This document shows, in pieces, positions 1 through 9,148 of a DNA stretch of 64,000 nt. Within the stretch, counting starts at the first letter, position 1; the number at the start of each line of letters is the position of its first letter. A program made the position numbers and the translations under genes. The notes beneath the pieces were generated by a model. The model saw only the letters and a program-made list of their open reading frames with translations, was not told the origin of the DNA and searched no databases. The stretch is from Armatimonadota bacterium (GTDB lineage Bacteria; Armatimonadota; HRBIN16), in NCBI GenBank assembly GCA_049969495.1, contig JBMFOT010000006.1, forward strand, positions 3,108 to 67,107. The letters are read 5' to 3'.

Positions 1-434
1 GCAGGGATTAATACCTCGCCGACGCGGTAGAGGTCGTTGGCAGGGTTGAGGATGACCTCTTCAATTTGCCCCAGGTATCTGCCGGTATCGGTGAACACGT
101 CCAGTCCGATGAGGTCGTCGATGTAGTAGGTACCTTCGGGCAGGGGCATCCGATCCTCGATAGGAACCTGCAGGTATCCGCCGCGCAACCGGTCGGCGGC
201 TTCCACGGTGGTGATTTCCACGAAGCGTACCAGATAACCGCCTTTGAACGGACGCGATTCTGCCACATGCAGGGTGATTCGTGGCATATCAGGCAGGGAG
301 AGCGAAAGGGTCGCCCCTCGGGCGAACCGCTGCGGGAAATCGGTCAGGGAGTACACACAGACCTCCCCCTGCAGTCCGTGCGGCTTGGAGATGTATCCGA
401 CGGTACGCCAGCTGTTTCGTTCCGCTTTTCTCAT
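1..434 (-). CDS. rimM: 16S rRNA processing protein RimM (partial, 3' end beyond window)
   Basis: Manual minus-strand translation from ATG at 434-432 gives MRKAERNSWRTVGYISKPHGLQGEVCVYSLTDFPQRF...GYLQVPIEDRMPLPEGTYYIDDLIGLDVFTDTGRYLGQIEEVILNPANDLYRVGEVLIP. This shows the RimM N-terminal barrel and PRC-barrel motifs. The ORF track misses it because there is no stop in the window. It sits in the canonical rpsP-KH-rimM order. Confidence 0.8.
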   Translation of the reverse strand, partial: MRKAERNSWRTVGYISKPHGLQGEVCVYSLTDFPQRFARGATLSLSLPDMPRITLHVAESRPFKGGYLVRFVEITTVEAADRLRGGYLQVPIEDRMPLPEGTYYIDDLIGLDVFTDTGRYLGQIEEVILNPANDLYRVGEVLIP

Positions 435-454
435 GACAACCATCCCACCCTTTG

Positions 455-480
455 CATGGGGCATAGGGAGATGCCCCATG
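455..480 (-). promoter_or_regulatory. Perfect 10-bp-stem hairpin (CATGGGGCAT-6nt-ATGCCCCATG) between the KH gene and rimM
   Basis: Inverted repeat read directly from the sequence. It lies in the 120-nt spacer between the KH gene stop (554) and the rimM start (434). There is no clear U-tract. Confidence 0.35.
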
Positions 481-553
481 CAAAGTATACCCGCCTTTCG
501 TCTGTCGCCGCACTATCGTGCCGAATGTAGCCGCAGGCTTCAGCCTGCGTCCG

Positions 554-784
554 CTACGCAATAATCTCCAGATAGATTTTGCGCTTGTTTTTCATGGCGG
601 CCGCTTTGGCGATGGTGCGCAGGGCGTTGGCAATACGTCCCTGCTTGCCGATGACCTTGCCCACGTCGTTGGGGGCGACGTGTACCTCGTAGGTGGTTGC
701 CACCTCACCCGGAACCTCGTTGATACGAACCTGGTCGGGCTCGTCCACGAGTTCCTTCACCAGATACTCTACCAGTTCTTTCAC
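554..784 (-). CDS. KH-domain RNA-binding protein (YlqC/UPF0109 family)
   Basis: Contains ...HVAPNDVGKVIGKQGRIANALRTIAKAAAMKNKRKIYLEIIA with the KH GxxG motif (GKQG). The ORF track start at 814 is a TTG. A GTG at 784 is preceded by AAAGGAG 8 nt upstream and yields a ~77-aa YlqC-like protein (MKELVEYLVKELVDEP...). Position between rpsP and rimM is conserved. Confidence 0.8.
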   Translation of the reverse strand: MKELVEYLVKELVDEPDQVRINEVPGEVATTYEVHVAPNDVGKVIGKQGRIANALRTIAKAAAMKNKRKIYLEIIA

Positions 785-838
785 CTCAGCCACTCCTTTA
801 GCCCTCTCTGTCAATAGAGTTTTGGGTGAGTAAGTATT

Positions 839-1141
839 TTACGATTTGGCTGGGGCGGTGACGTTACCTGCTGGTTGCGCTTTACGCTGTTGCAAGGCTT
901 CCAGCACGCCCGCACGACGCAGGATGTCCTTTGCCGTGTCGGTGGGTTGCGCTCCGTGTTCCAGCCAGTACAGCGCCTTCTCCATATCCACCTGAACGGT
1001 GGCAGGATCGGTCAACGGATTGTAGTAACCGATGGTTTCGATGAACCTTCCATCTCGCGGCGCGGTGCTAGGCGCCACCACGAGACGATAGAACGGGCGT
1101 TTTTTCGCCCCCATGCGCTTGAGTCGGATCCTTACCGCCAA
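839..1141 (-). CDS. rpsP: 30S ribosomal protein S16
   Basis: (M)[42 protein letters not shown] matches the S16 N-terminus. The start codon is TTG, with AGGAGGGGAGGTGAT immediately upstream. No in-frame ATG would preserve the conserved N-terminus. Confidence 0.95.
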   Translation of the reverse strand: MAVRIRLKRMGAKKRPFYRLVVAPSTAPRDGRFIETIGYYNPLTDPATVQVDMEKALYWLEHGAQPTDTAKDILRRAGVLEALQQRKAQPAGNVTAPAKS

Positions 1142-1168
1142 ATCACCTCCCCTCCTTTCCGTGTGTTT

Positions 1169-2509
1169 TTATCCGAAGAAAGGCAGGCGTATTTTACGCT
1201 TGCCTTTGCCTCCTCCGGACTGCAAGGCGTTTAGCTCTCGGATCATGTGGCGCATCTCTTCGAACTGTGACAGCAGCTCGTTCACTTCGTGCACCGTGGT
1301 GCCGCTACCCCGCGCGATACGCCGCTTTCGGCTGGCGTTGATGATATGCGGGTTTGCGCGCTCCTCCGGCGTCATCGAAAGGATGATGGCTTCCACACGC
1401 TTTAACTCTTTCGGGTCTATCTGCACATCCTTTAACTGTGCGCCCAGACCAGGTATCATCTTCAGCAACTGGTCCAGCGGCCCCATCTGCTGCATCTGGC
1501 GCATCTGCATCAGGAAATCGTTCAGGTCAAACTGGTTCTGGCGCAGTTTGCGCTGCAGTTCCTCTACCTGCTTCTGGTCGAAGGTCTGCTGTGCCTTTTC
1601 GATAAGCGTTAACACGTCGCCCATGCCCAGGATGCGCCCCGCCATGCGGTCGGGGTGGAACACATCCAGCGCGTCGGGCTTCTCACCCACGCCGACGAAC
1701 TTAATCGGCTTGCCCACAACGGCACGGATGGAAATCGCCGCGCCGCCGCGTGTGTCGCCATCCAGCTTGGTCAGGATAAAGCCATCTACCTCCAGATGGC
1801 GGTGAAACTCCTCCGCCACACGCACCGCATCCTGACCGGTCATGGCATCCAGCACCAGCAGAATCTCGTTGGGCTGGGTGGCTTCCTTGACGCGGCGCAC
1901 CTCTTCCATCATTTCGCTGTCAATGTGCAGCCTTCCGGCGGTGTCCAGAATCACCACGTCGTTGCCTTGCTGGACGGCGTATTGCAACGCCTCATGGGCA
2001 ATACGCACCGCGTCTTTGCTGTTATCCAGTGCAAACACCGGTATCTGAAGGTTCTGCCCCAGCACCTTCAGTTGCTGCACCGCTGCCGGACGGTGCACAT
2101 CCGCTGCCACCAGCAACGGTTGCCGTCCCTGTTTGCGCAGCCAGAGCGCGAGCTTGGCAGCGGTGGTGGTTTTACCGGAGCCTTGCAGACCGCACAACAG
2201 GATAACGGTCGGCGGTTTGGGCGCGAAGTGAATACCCTCCGCCCCGTCACCGAGCAGGCTGACCAGCTCCTCGTGCACGATTTTAATCACCTGCTGGGTG
2301 GCGGTGAGGCTTTCGAGCACTTCCTGCCCGATGGCGCGCTCGCGCACGCGCGCGATAAAGTCCTTCACCACCTTGAAGTGCACATCCGCTTCCAACAGAG
2401 CGATGCGCACCTCGCGCAGGGCTTCGTTCACGTCCTGCTCGGTGACTTTGCCCTGATTGCTCAGTCGCCGAAAAACCTTCTGCAGTTTTTCCGTCAGGCT
2501 TTCAAACAA
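1169..2509 (-). CDS. ffh: Signal recognition particle protein Ffh
   Basis: (M)FESLTEKLQKVFRRL... with the GTPase G-domain (GLQGSGKTTTAAKLA, DTAGRL, TKLDGDTRGG) and the M-domain. The start codon is TTG at 2507-2509, with no in-frame ATG upstream before a stop. Confidence 0.95.
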   Translation of the reverse strand: MFESLTEKLQKVFRRLSNQGKVTEQDVNEALREVRIALLEADVHFKVVKDFIARVRERAIGQEVLESLTATQQVIKIVHEELVSLLGDGAEGIHFAPKPPTVILLCGLQGSGKTTTAAKLALWLRKQGRQPLLVAADVHRPAAVQQLKVLGQNLQIPVFALDNSKDAVRIAHEALQYAVQQGNDVVILDTAGRLHIDSEMMEEVRRVKEATQPNEILLVLDAMTGQDAVRVAEEFHRHLEVDGFILTKLDGDTRGGAAISIRAVVGKPIKFVGVGEKPDALDVFHPDRMAGRILGMGDVLTLIEKAQQTFDQKQVEELQRKLRQNQFDLNDFLMQMRQMQQMGPLDQLLKMIPGLGAQLKDVQIDPKELKRVEAIILSMTPEERANPHIINASRKRRIARGSGTTVHEVNELLSQFEEMRHMIRELNALQSGGGKGKRKIRLPFFG

Positions 2510-2539
2510 TGTTTCTTCCGTCGATTACAAATCCGCTAT

Positions 2540-2568
2540 AGTATACACCTGCGTGCAAAACTTGTCAA
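2540..2568 (-). promoter_or_regulatory. Sigma70-type promoter for ffh: TTGACA-17nt-TATACT
   Basis: On the minus strand, TTGACA (2568-2563), a 17-nt spacer, then TATACT (2545-2540). The predicted TSS is about 24 nt upstream of the ffh TTG start. Confidence 0.5.
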
Positions 2569-2702
2569 ACTAGGGGAATAGTTCCGAAAAGAGCGCAGGG
2601 AGCGGCTTCCCCTTGTTGTCCCTGCCTTACGGGATTCAGTGACCAGGTTGCCTCCTGCGCATGGCGGGGCGGGTGCGAAACCGCTCCCTTTACCTACCGG
2701 TG

Positions 2703-3353
2703 TCAGGCATTGTCGCCGTTATCGCTGCTTTCTTCTTGCTCTTCAGAGCTGCGTGCACGCCGCTTGAACGGGCGACGCAGTACAATCTGCTTATAGTCCA
2801 GTCCCGCGGCTTGCAGAGCCTTATCCCATGATTCGAAGCGGCGTCGCGCTGCTGTGATAAGCGGGATGTCCACCTCTTCTACGTTCTTGGCGTTCAACGG
2901 CACGCCCTGCTCGTACAGCTCGCGTACCCGCTTGATGATGGTCTCTTCGTCCCACTGATGGTAGCGACGCACTTCCTGGTAGTCAATGCCTGCGGCTTCA
3001 ATCGCCTTGCGCCACGAGCCAAAATGCTTGGGTTTGGTCGCTGCCGCGGCTAACTGCGGGTCTAGATTGGTGCTGACATTGCGCCATGACAGGTCTTCTC
3101 CCTGCTCGTACAGCTCACGGATGCGAGCGATGATACGCTGGCGGTTCCAGCTGCGGTACTTGCGCACCTTGTCGTAGTCGACACCAGCTGCCTTTACCGC
3201 CTCGCGCCAGCTGCCGTAGTAACGCATTGCTGCCCGCATCAACGGCAGGTGGTGAATCACCACGTTAGAGTAGGAAAGGTCCACCCCCTCTTCAGCCAGC
3301 TGCCGAATGTCCTCGGCAATGCTCTCTTTAGTCCATCGCTTGGATGTCATCAA
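2703..3353 (-). CDS. Hypothetical protein built from three tandem ~62-aa repeats (W-x-KE-I...L...G-DLS..NV...FGSW..A..AAG-DY), plus an acidic C-terminal tail
   Basis: Three internal repeats: WTKESIAEDIRQLAEEGVDLSYSNV...GSWREAVKAAGVDY, WNRQRIIARIRELYEQGEDLSWRNV...GSWRKAIEAAGIDY, WDEETIIKRVRELYEQGVPLNAKNV...ESWDKALQAAGLDY. They resemble the homing-endonuclease-associated repeat, but no nuclease domain is present. Confidence 0.6.
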   Translation of the reverse strand: MMTSKRWTKESIAEDIRQLAEEGVDLSYSNVVIHHLPLMRAAMRYYGSWREAVKAAGVDYDKVRKYRSWNRQRIIARIRELYEQGEDLSWRNVSTNLDPQLAAAATKPKHFGSWRKAIEAAGIDYQEVRRYHQWDEETIIKRVRELYEQGVPLNAKNVEEVDIPLITAARRRFESWDKALQAAGLDYKQIVLRRPFKRRARSSEEQEESSDNGDNA

Positions 3354-3638
3354 TGGTTCTACCCCCGTAACGTTTTTTAGAATTGACGGATGCCTGTCCA
3401 GAGCCGAAAAAGAAGCGACGTCCCTGAGGGAAACGCCGCCTCATGACGAGCAACCTGCTCGTTCGTTTATACGAACTTGCGGTGCTCGTTGCGCTTTTCA
3501 CCCATTACAATACAACATTTTGCACTATTTTGCAAGAGGGAAACGGACGATTTCCAGAGAAAATGTGAATTGTTCCAACCTGCTTCATCACCCAGCGGTA
3601 CAAAGGAGCGTTGCCGATGGCTGTTAAACGGACTACCG

Positions 3639-4688
3639 CTAGCCTCCCAACGCCTGTTCCACCGCCTCCAGCAGCTGACGACGCCGGTAGGGCTTCTGAA
3701 GATAGAACACCACGTTGGGGACGTTTTCCACCTGCTCAGCCACCTCCGTGCCGTAACCGCTACAAAGAATGACAGGCAAACCGGGATCCATTTGACAAAC
3801 CTGCCGTGCCAGTTCGATACCGCTTAAGCCCGGCATGGTCAGGTCGGTGATGAGTAGTCGATAGTAGGACGTCCCTCGCTCACGTATCATCTGCAACGCC
3901 TCCTCGCCGCTGGAGGCGGTTTCCACCTCATATCCCTCCTGCCGAAGCACATGCGTGACCATCTCGCGAATGGGCGCCTCGTCGTCGACAAACAACACTC
4001 GTATTGCGTGAAACGGACGGCGCACAACCGGCTCGTTGCTGGTCTGGGGCACATCTTCTGTTTCCGACAGCGCAGGCAGCAGAATGCGAAAGCATGTGCC
4101 CACTCCGACATAGGAGCGTACCTCGACGCCTCCGCCGTGTGCCAGCACAATGCCGTACACGGTCGCCAGCCCCAGCCCGGTGCCTCTGCCCACCGGCTTG
4201 GTGGTGAAGAAAGGCTCAAAGATGTGCGGTAAATGCTCTGGCGGGATGCCTCCGCCGGTATCCTCCATAATGTAGCGACGGTTTTGCAGGTTGAGCAAGG
4301 AGGTATAGACCTCTACCTGCAGTAAGGAGCCATCAGCACAACGGTAGGTACGCTCTCCCAACTGCCAGTAGCCATGCTGAAGCACCCTCTGGATGTTGCG
4401 ACGGATGTTCTCCTCGCTGTCCTCAGGCAAGTCGAAGATACTCATTTGGGCGATTTGCTCCGAGGAATAGCCGAACATGCCCAGGAAGGCTCCGTTCACC
4501 TCGATGAAGTTCCCTGTATCCGCATCGAATAAAAAGATGCCGTCCTGAGCGCATTCAAACAATGCGCGATAGCGTGTCGCATTTTCTTCTACTGGTTCCA
4601 TCATGGAATGCGCCTTCTTCCCAACGAGTGGTCGTGTACCATAGGTCGTAGATGGCAAACCTGTTCCGAACCTCTTCGTGTACCCCAA
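3639..4688 (-). CDS. PAS sensor / truncated HATPase_c / response-regulator receiver fusion protein lacking a HisKA phosphoacceptor domain
   Basis: The PAS domain (RYRALFECAQDGIFLFDADTGNFIEVNGAF...) is followed directly by the kinase G-boxes (DTGGGIPPEHLPHIFEPFFTTKPVGRGTGLGLATV) and a REC domain (VLFVDDEAPIREMV...LITDLTMPGLSGIEL...VILCSGY). No H-box is found. An alternative start is M29 at 4604. Confidence 0.75.
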   Translation of the reverse strand: MGYTKRFGTGLPSTTYGTRPLVGKKAHSMMEPVEENATRYRALFECAQDGIFLFDADTGNFIEVNGAFLGMFGYSSEQIAQMSIFDLPEDSEENIRRNIQRVLQHGYWQLGERTYRCADGSLLQVEVYTSLLNLQNRRYIMEDTGGGIPPEHLPHIFEPFFTTKPVGRGTGLGLATVYGIVLAHGGGVEVRSYVGVGTCFRILLPALSETEDVPQTSNEPVVRRPFHAIRVLFVDDEAPIREMVTHVLRQEGYEVETASSGEEALQMIRERGTSYYRLLITDLTMPGLSGIELARQVCQMDPGLPVILCSGYGTEVAEQVENVPNVVFYLQKPYRRRQLLEAVEQALGG

Positions 4689-4831
4689 GCCTTGGTACCG
4701 AGACGCAGCTATGTATTACGGCGAAGTTCACACTATTATAGCTCTTTGTACCCGTTGTCTTCAAGTCAGCAGAGAAAACTTGCTGGCTCAGGATTCAATC
4801 CAATAGTGCGAGAGGGTATAATAAAGATGCC

Positions 4832-5290
4832 ATGAAACTCTTTCGTTTTGAAGCAGAGCAGACCATACCCGCTCCGCTGGAAGAGGTGTGGGACTTTTTC
4901 TCCAGCCCCGCCAACCTGAAAATCATCACGCCGCCCTATATGGGCTTCGATATCCTGACGCCGGTGCCGGACAGAATGGAACCGGGCATCATTATCGCTT
5001 ATACGGTGCGCCCTCTTTTCGGAATCCCGATGTTCTGGGTGACAGAGATCACCCACGTATACCCGTTGCGCTTTTTCGTGGACGAACAGCGCTTTGGTCC
5101 CTACCGGTTCTGGCATCACAGGCATACCTTCGTGCCGGTGGAGGGCGGCGTGTACATGACCGACCTGGTGTATTATGCCCTGCCGGTTCCGGTGATAGAC
5201 GGCTTGATCAATCGTCTGATAGTGCGCCCACGCATTGAGGAGATTTTTACCTTCAGGCGGCAGAAGATTATCGATCTATTCGGAGCGTGA
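4832..5290 (+). CDS. SRPBCC-superfamily (polyketide cyclase/dehydrase-like) protein
   Basis: 152-aa ORF with the typical SRPBCC pattern (EEVWDFFSSPANL...GFDILTPVP...FWHHRHTFVPVEGGVYMTD). Confidence 0.6.
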   Translation: MKLFRFEAEQTIPAPLEEVWDFFSSPANLKIITPPYMGFDILTPVPDRMEPGIIIAYTVRPLFGIPMFWVTEITHVYPLRFFVDEQRFGPYRFWHHRHTFVPVEGGVYMTDLVYYALPVPVIDGLINRLIVRPRIEEIFTFRRQKIIDLFGA

Positions 5291-5297
5291 GAGCAGG

Positions 5298-6311
5298 TCA
5301 CTTCATCCCGCACAGCTGCTTGTACAGCTCGATCACCCGCTTCACGTAGGTCTGCGTTTCGCGGTAGGGGGGTACGCCGCCGTATTTGCGCACCGCGCCG
5401 GAGCCGGCGTTATACGCCGCCATCGCGAGGATGATGTCATTCCAGCTCACGGTGCCCTCGCGGTAGGCACGACCGCCGGAATAGGTGTTCAAATGCCCAT
5501 GTAGCAAACGTATCGCCCCCGCCAGGTTCTGTACCGGGTCAAAGGGGTTGCTCACTCCCAGACCGCGCGCGGTGCCCGGCATGAGCTGCCCCAACCCCAT
5601 CGCCCCCGCACGCGACACCGCTTCGGGGCGGAACCCCGACTCCGCCAGCACCATCGCCACCACCAGACGCGGGTCGACGCGGTAATACCAGCTGAACGCG
5701 AGGATGCTGTTGGTAATCACCTCTACCTGCTGGGGCTTGAGTTTTGGATTGAAGCGTGAGATGGCACGTGCATACGCATCGTACACCGCACTGTGCCACT
5801 GCTCAAAGGTGATTACCGCTCCCTGACTGGTGCGCACAGGGGTATTGAAGCGCGAGGTAAGGACGCGAGCAGTGCGCTGAGGAGGCTTCACTGCTTCCTG
5901 CCTCTTTCCCTGCTGTGCCTCCCATTGCGCGATGTCCGCTTCATGCGCGGCATGAACCAGCTCCACGTCGCTCAGCCCGACCAGATTGCCTTCCCCGATG
6001 CGCAGAAGCACCCGCAGCTGTGCTCCCAGCTGCTCCTGCAGCGGCTGGCTGGTACGCGGACACACCGACGCGCCATCCGCCGACTGAAGCACCACCACCT
6101 GCGCATCGCCTACCCGACTGACGCCTTTCACGGTGGCGGTCAGCTCCACCACCCTGCCCCGATACACATCTACGTTCTGCTGCAGATAGCTGATTCCGCC
6201 CACCGGCGTCGCCTTCAGGCTCTGGCGAGCTTTCAGAAAGCCCGTCACATCCGCCCGCAGCGGCGCACTCCAGCATAGCAGCAGTACTGTCCATACCCAC
6301 CAGGCACGCAT
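5298..6311 (-). CDS. Lytic transglycosylase (SLT-domain) with signal peptide
   Basis: C-terminal SLT motifs [26 protein letters not shown]...[26 protein letters not shown]-terminal hydrophobic signal [20 protein letters not shown]. Confidence 0.85.
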   Translation of the reverse strand: MRAWWVWTVLLLCWSAPLRADVTGFLKARQSLKATPVGGISYLQQNVDVYRGRVVELTATVKGVSRVGDAQVVVLQSADGASVCPRTSQPLQEQLGAQLRVLLRIGEGNLVGLSDVELVHAAHEADIAQWEAQQGKRQEAVKPPQRTARVLTSRFNTPVRTSQGAVITFEQWHSAVYDAYARAISRFNPKLKPQQVEVITNSILAFSWYYRVDPRLVVAMVLAESGFRPEAVSRAGAMGLGQLMPGTARGLGVSNPFDPVQNLAGAIRLLHGHLNTYSGGRAYREGTVSWNDIILAMAAYNAGSGAVRKYGGVPPYRETQTYVKRVIELYKQLCGMK

Positions 6312-6353
6312 TACTCACCCTCTCCCACAGGGTCAAGCAACAGCTACACAGGG

Positions 6354-8675
6354 TTATTCCATATTTCGATTCTCGGCACGCAACCTCCTGCTAGTGCAAC
6401 ACGCACACCCCACCAGCCACCCCACCGCAACCAGCGCAAGATAAAGGCACACCTTCAACAGCGCGGGAGCGAAGCGCAGGGTGATTTCCTGCGCTCCGTC
6501 GACAACCTGCACCCGCTGGAAAGTGCCGTCCAGCGGTTCTATGGCTCCCGATGGCTCCGCTTCCCAACCCGGGTAAAAGGTCTGCATCACATGCAGTTCC
6601 CGTGCCCCATCAGGTAGAAACACCTGCAGGCGGTTGCATCCCTGCCAGCGGAAGGCGCATTGGTGACCATCTGCGGTGCGAACCCATGAGCGTGCGCCGG
6701 GCACCTCGTAAAGCCTTCCCTCCGGGCTGTCGTGGATAAGACGTAAGCCATGCTCAGCAAGCGGTTGCAACGAAAGCACATAGCGTACCCCCACGTTTGC
6801 GAGCAAGTCTGCAGGGGCACGCCAACCCAGCGCCATATTGCCGTTTTCCACCGGTGCAGAATCTCTGCCGTTTAAACCGTCCAGCCAGCGTTTTGCGTGC
6901 AGAGGCATCAGCGAGTCGTAGATTTGCAGGTCGTACAACCCCGCTGCCGTCGCCAGATTAGGGGGCAGTATCGCCAGCGGTGCGCGATAGAGGCTCCAGC
7001 CCCTCTGCACCGCGAAGATGCGCCACTTGCCATCGGTTAGCGATTGCAGCCGCTCCACCAGCGACGTATCAGGGTAAACGCTTTGAGCGGAGGCGAGCGG
7101 ATTGTAGCCCATCCCTGCCATCCACAGGCTGCCCAGCACGCAGGTAACTGCGACCACGTGCGTGAGCAGAGGGCTCCAGCCGCGCTTCTGCCCGAAGAGT
7201 ACCGCTCCCGCAGCCAGCGCGGATAGCGCCAGTCCCTGCAACAGCAGAGGAGCCTGCGAGGAGAACAGCTCGGCAAACGCCTCTTCGCCCAGCGATTCCA
7301 CGCTCAACGCTCTTGCCGAAAGAGTGCCTGTGACGAACAGCGCCAGAAGAACGCCAATCGCCGACAACCATTGCTTACGTGAAGCGGTGGTCAGTTCGTC
7401 CATGCCCGCTCCTGCCAGCAACGCGACACCAAACGCCCACAGCACGAGCACGCGCGCGGGAGAGCCGGTGCCGCTGAAACCGGGCACGCCAAAGTAGAGC
7501 AAGGCGTTCAGAGGTGTGCCCAGAGCCAGAAGCATTGCCAGCACCGCCAGCAACAGCGCGTAAAGACGCCATGCGGAACGGCGGCTGAAAAGCCCTAAAG
7601 CCGCCAGCAGAAGCGTGGGTACACCCACGAAGCAGGCAAACTCAGCGTAATTGCCTTTGCCCCAGTAGGTGCTGACATCGGGCTCGTCGGTGCGGGCGAC
7701 GCCCGGGTGACCGAAGAAGTCCGGTAGGAAGAGGGTGATGAGATGGGCGAGGGGCATGGCACTGCCCACGTAGGCGGAGTACCCTTCCGCTGTTGCGGGG
7801 GCGCGCCGGTGGGAGAAGCGTGACATCTCCACAGCAGGCAGTACCTGCGGCGCGCTCAGTGCAAGGGCAAGCACGAAGGCGAGCATAAAGCCTCCTGCTG
7901 TCATCCCTCTCCCTGTGGGAGAGGGGCTGGGGGAGAGGTTTCTTCGGCACAGGAACGCCAAGCATACCACCACCAGTATCCCCGCCCCCAGCACGTAAAA
8001 CGCAATCTGCAGATGCCCTGCCAGCAAGCAGAAGCCCATCGTTGTGCCCCACCATGTGGCGCGATGCAGTGTCGGCTGGGCTGTCCATCGAGCGGCTGTC
8101 AGCACAACCCACGGCAACCATGAAGCTGTCGCCGGCACGGAGGGCAGATACTGCCACGTAACCATCCACAGAGAGAAAGCGAAGACCATCGCGCCTACCA
8201 GCGCAGAGGCGAACCCTACACCTGCTTGCCTGCGCATCAGCAACCAGGTGCCCATCCCCGCCCACCACAGATGCCACGCCGCAAGCCATCCGAACGCCCT
8301 TTCCTGAAGCCAGGCAAACAGCACGTTTGGCGGGTAGAAGATGGCGGACTGACTGTTGGCGTAGAGGGGATAACCCATGCCCTGGTGGGGGTTCCACAGG
8401 GGCAACCATCCTTCGCGCCACATCTTGGCGGTGTACAACCGCCACACGCCGAACTGCGCCGCGCCATCCCACATCAGCGGGTTCCAGGGAGGCGGCGTCT
8501 CGGTGGAAAGGGCACGATAGGGGTACACATGAAATAACAGGCGTGTGGGAAGCCACACACGCCCGCCTGTCAGCACAGGAAAGAGAAACCACCACACCAG
8601 CAGAGCTAGTATCAGCCCCGCCAGCGCGGTTTCTCTAGAACTGGAGAAACTGGATTTGCTTGAGCGCGACCTCAT
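6354..8675 (-). CDS. YfhO-like polytopic membrane protein (putative glycosyltransferase/flippase-like)
   Basis: Many TM helices. The WNPHQGMGYPLYANSQSAIFYPPNVLFAWL region is typical of the YfhO family. The track start at 8756 would overlap the co-directional TPR gene by 122 nt, so the internal Met at 8675 is preferred but uncertain. Confidence 0.65.
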   Translation of the reverse strand: MRSRSSKSSFSSSRETALAGLILALLVWWFLFPVLTGGRVWLPTRLLFHVYPYRALSTETPPPWNPLMWDGAAQFGVWRLYTAKMWREGWLPLWNPHQGMGYPLYANSQSAIFYPPNVLFAWLQERAFGWLAAWHLWWAGMGTWLLMRRQAGVGFASALVGAMVFAFSLWMVTWQYLPSVPATASWLPWVVLTAARWTAQPTLHRATWWGTTMGFCLLAGHLQIAFYVLGAGILVVVCLAFLCRRNLSPSPSPTGRGMTAGGFMLAFVLALALSAPQVLPAVEMSRFSHRRAPATAEGYSAYVGSAMPLAHLITLFLPDFFGHPGVARTDEPDVSTYWGKGNYAEFACFVGVPTLLLAALGLFSRRSAWRLYALLLAVLAMLLALGTPLNALLYFGVPGFSGTGSPARVLVLWAFGVALLAGAGMDELTTASRKQWLSAIGVLLALFVTGTLSARALSVESLGEEAFAELFSSQAPLLLQGLALSALAAGAVLFGQKRGWSPLLTHVVAVTCVLGSLWMAGMGYNPLASAQSVYPDTSLVERLQSLTDGKWRIFAVQRGWSLYRAPLAILPPNLATAAGLYDLQIYDSLMPLHAKRWLDGLNGRDSAPVENGNMALGWRAPADLLANVGVRYVLSLQPLAEHGLRLIHDSPEGRLYEVPGARSWVRTADGHQCAFRWQGCNRLQVFLPDGARELHVMQTFYPGWEAEPSGAIEPLDGTFQRVQVVDGAQEITLRFAPALLKVCLYLALVAVGWLVGCACCTSRRLRAENRNME
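7905..7938. repeat. REP-like GC-rich palindrome (CCCTCTCCC-tgt-GGGAGAGGG plus GGGGGAGAGG) embedded in-frame in the YfhO-like CDS
   Basis: Same hairpin family as the intergenic copies at 31412-31520, 35399-35449 and 36018-36068. Here it encodes the low-complexity loop ...NLSPSPSPTGRGM... in the protein. Confidence 0.4.
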
Positions 8676-8988
8676 TGGTAGGGTCCTGGCGCAACACCTC
8701 CTCGAACTGTGCGCGAGCTTCCTCGTACATGCCGAGCATCGCGTAGGTGAGCGCAAGGTCGTTGCGGATGACCACGTTGCGCCCGTCTATCTGCACCGCC
8801 CGTTCCAGCTCCGCCAGCGACTGTTCGAACTCCCCGATAAACCCCAGCACCAGCCCGAGTTGATGGTGCGCCTCCGCGTTGTTGGGAGCCAGCTGTACTG
8901 CCTGCCGCAACTCCGCCAGCGCTTCATCATACTGCCCGTTGATTTTATACGCGACGCCGCGCTCGATATGGGACTGTACATCCCCCAT
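8635..8988 (-). CDS. TPR-repeat protein
   Basis: 117 aa with about three TPR units (AYKINGQYDEALAELRQAVQLAPNNAEAHHQLGLVL...LALTYAMLGMYEEARAQFEEVLRQDPTNEVA). Confidence 0.75.
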   Translation of the reverse strand: MGDVQSHIERGVAYKINGQYDEALAELRQAVQLAPNNAEAHHQLGLVLGFIGEFEQSLAELERAVQIDGRNVVIRNDLALTYAMLGMYEEARAQFEEVLRQDPTNEVALKQIQFLQF

Positions 8989-9148
8989 AGCCCGGTAGCC
9001 CTCCAGTTTCAGGTGTCCCTCATCCGCACTGTTGATGAGATAATAAATAATGAATCCACATCTCCCCGCTACCCTACCCTTCGAGCGATAGCGTCACCCA
9101 AAGTATAGCAAGTTTCCACTATAAAAGCAAGATGTGTCCCGGGCGCGA

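Noticed and set aside
66-561. ORFs 66-530 (+), 244-564 (+), 289-561 (-), 8-268 (-)
   Set aside because: They overlap the rimM coding region (1-434, minus) in other frames or strands. No homology, and rimM explains the locus.
1655-2581. 308-aa plus-strand ORF
   Set aside because: It is antisense to ffh. It is His/Leu/Gln-rich and low complexity, as expected of a GC-rich antisense frame.
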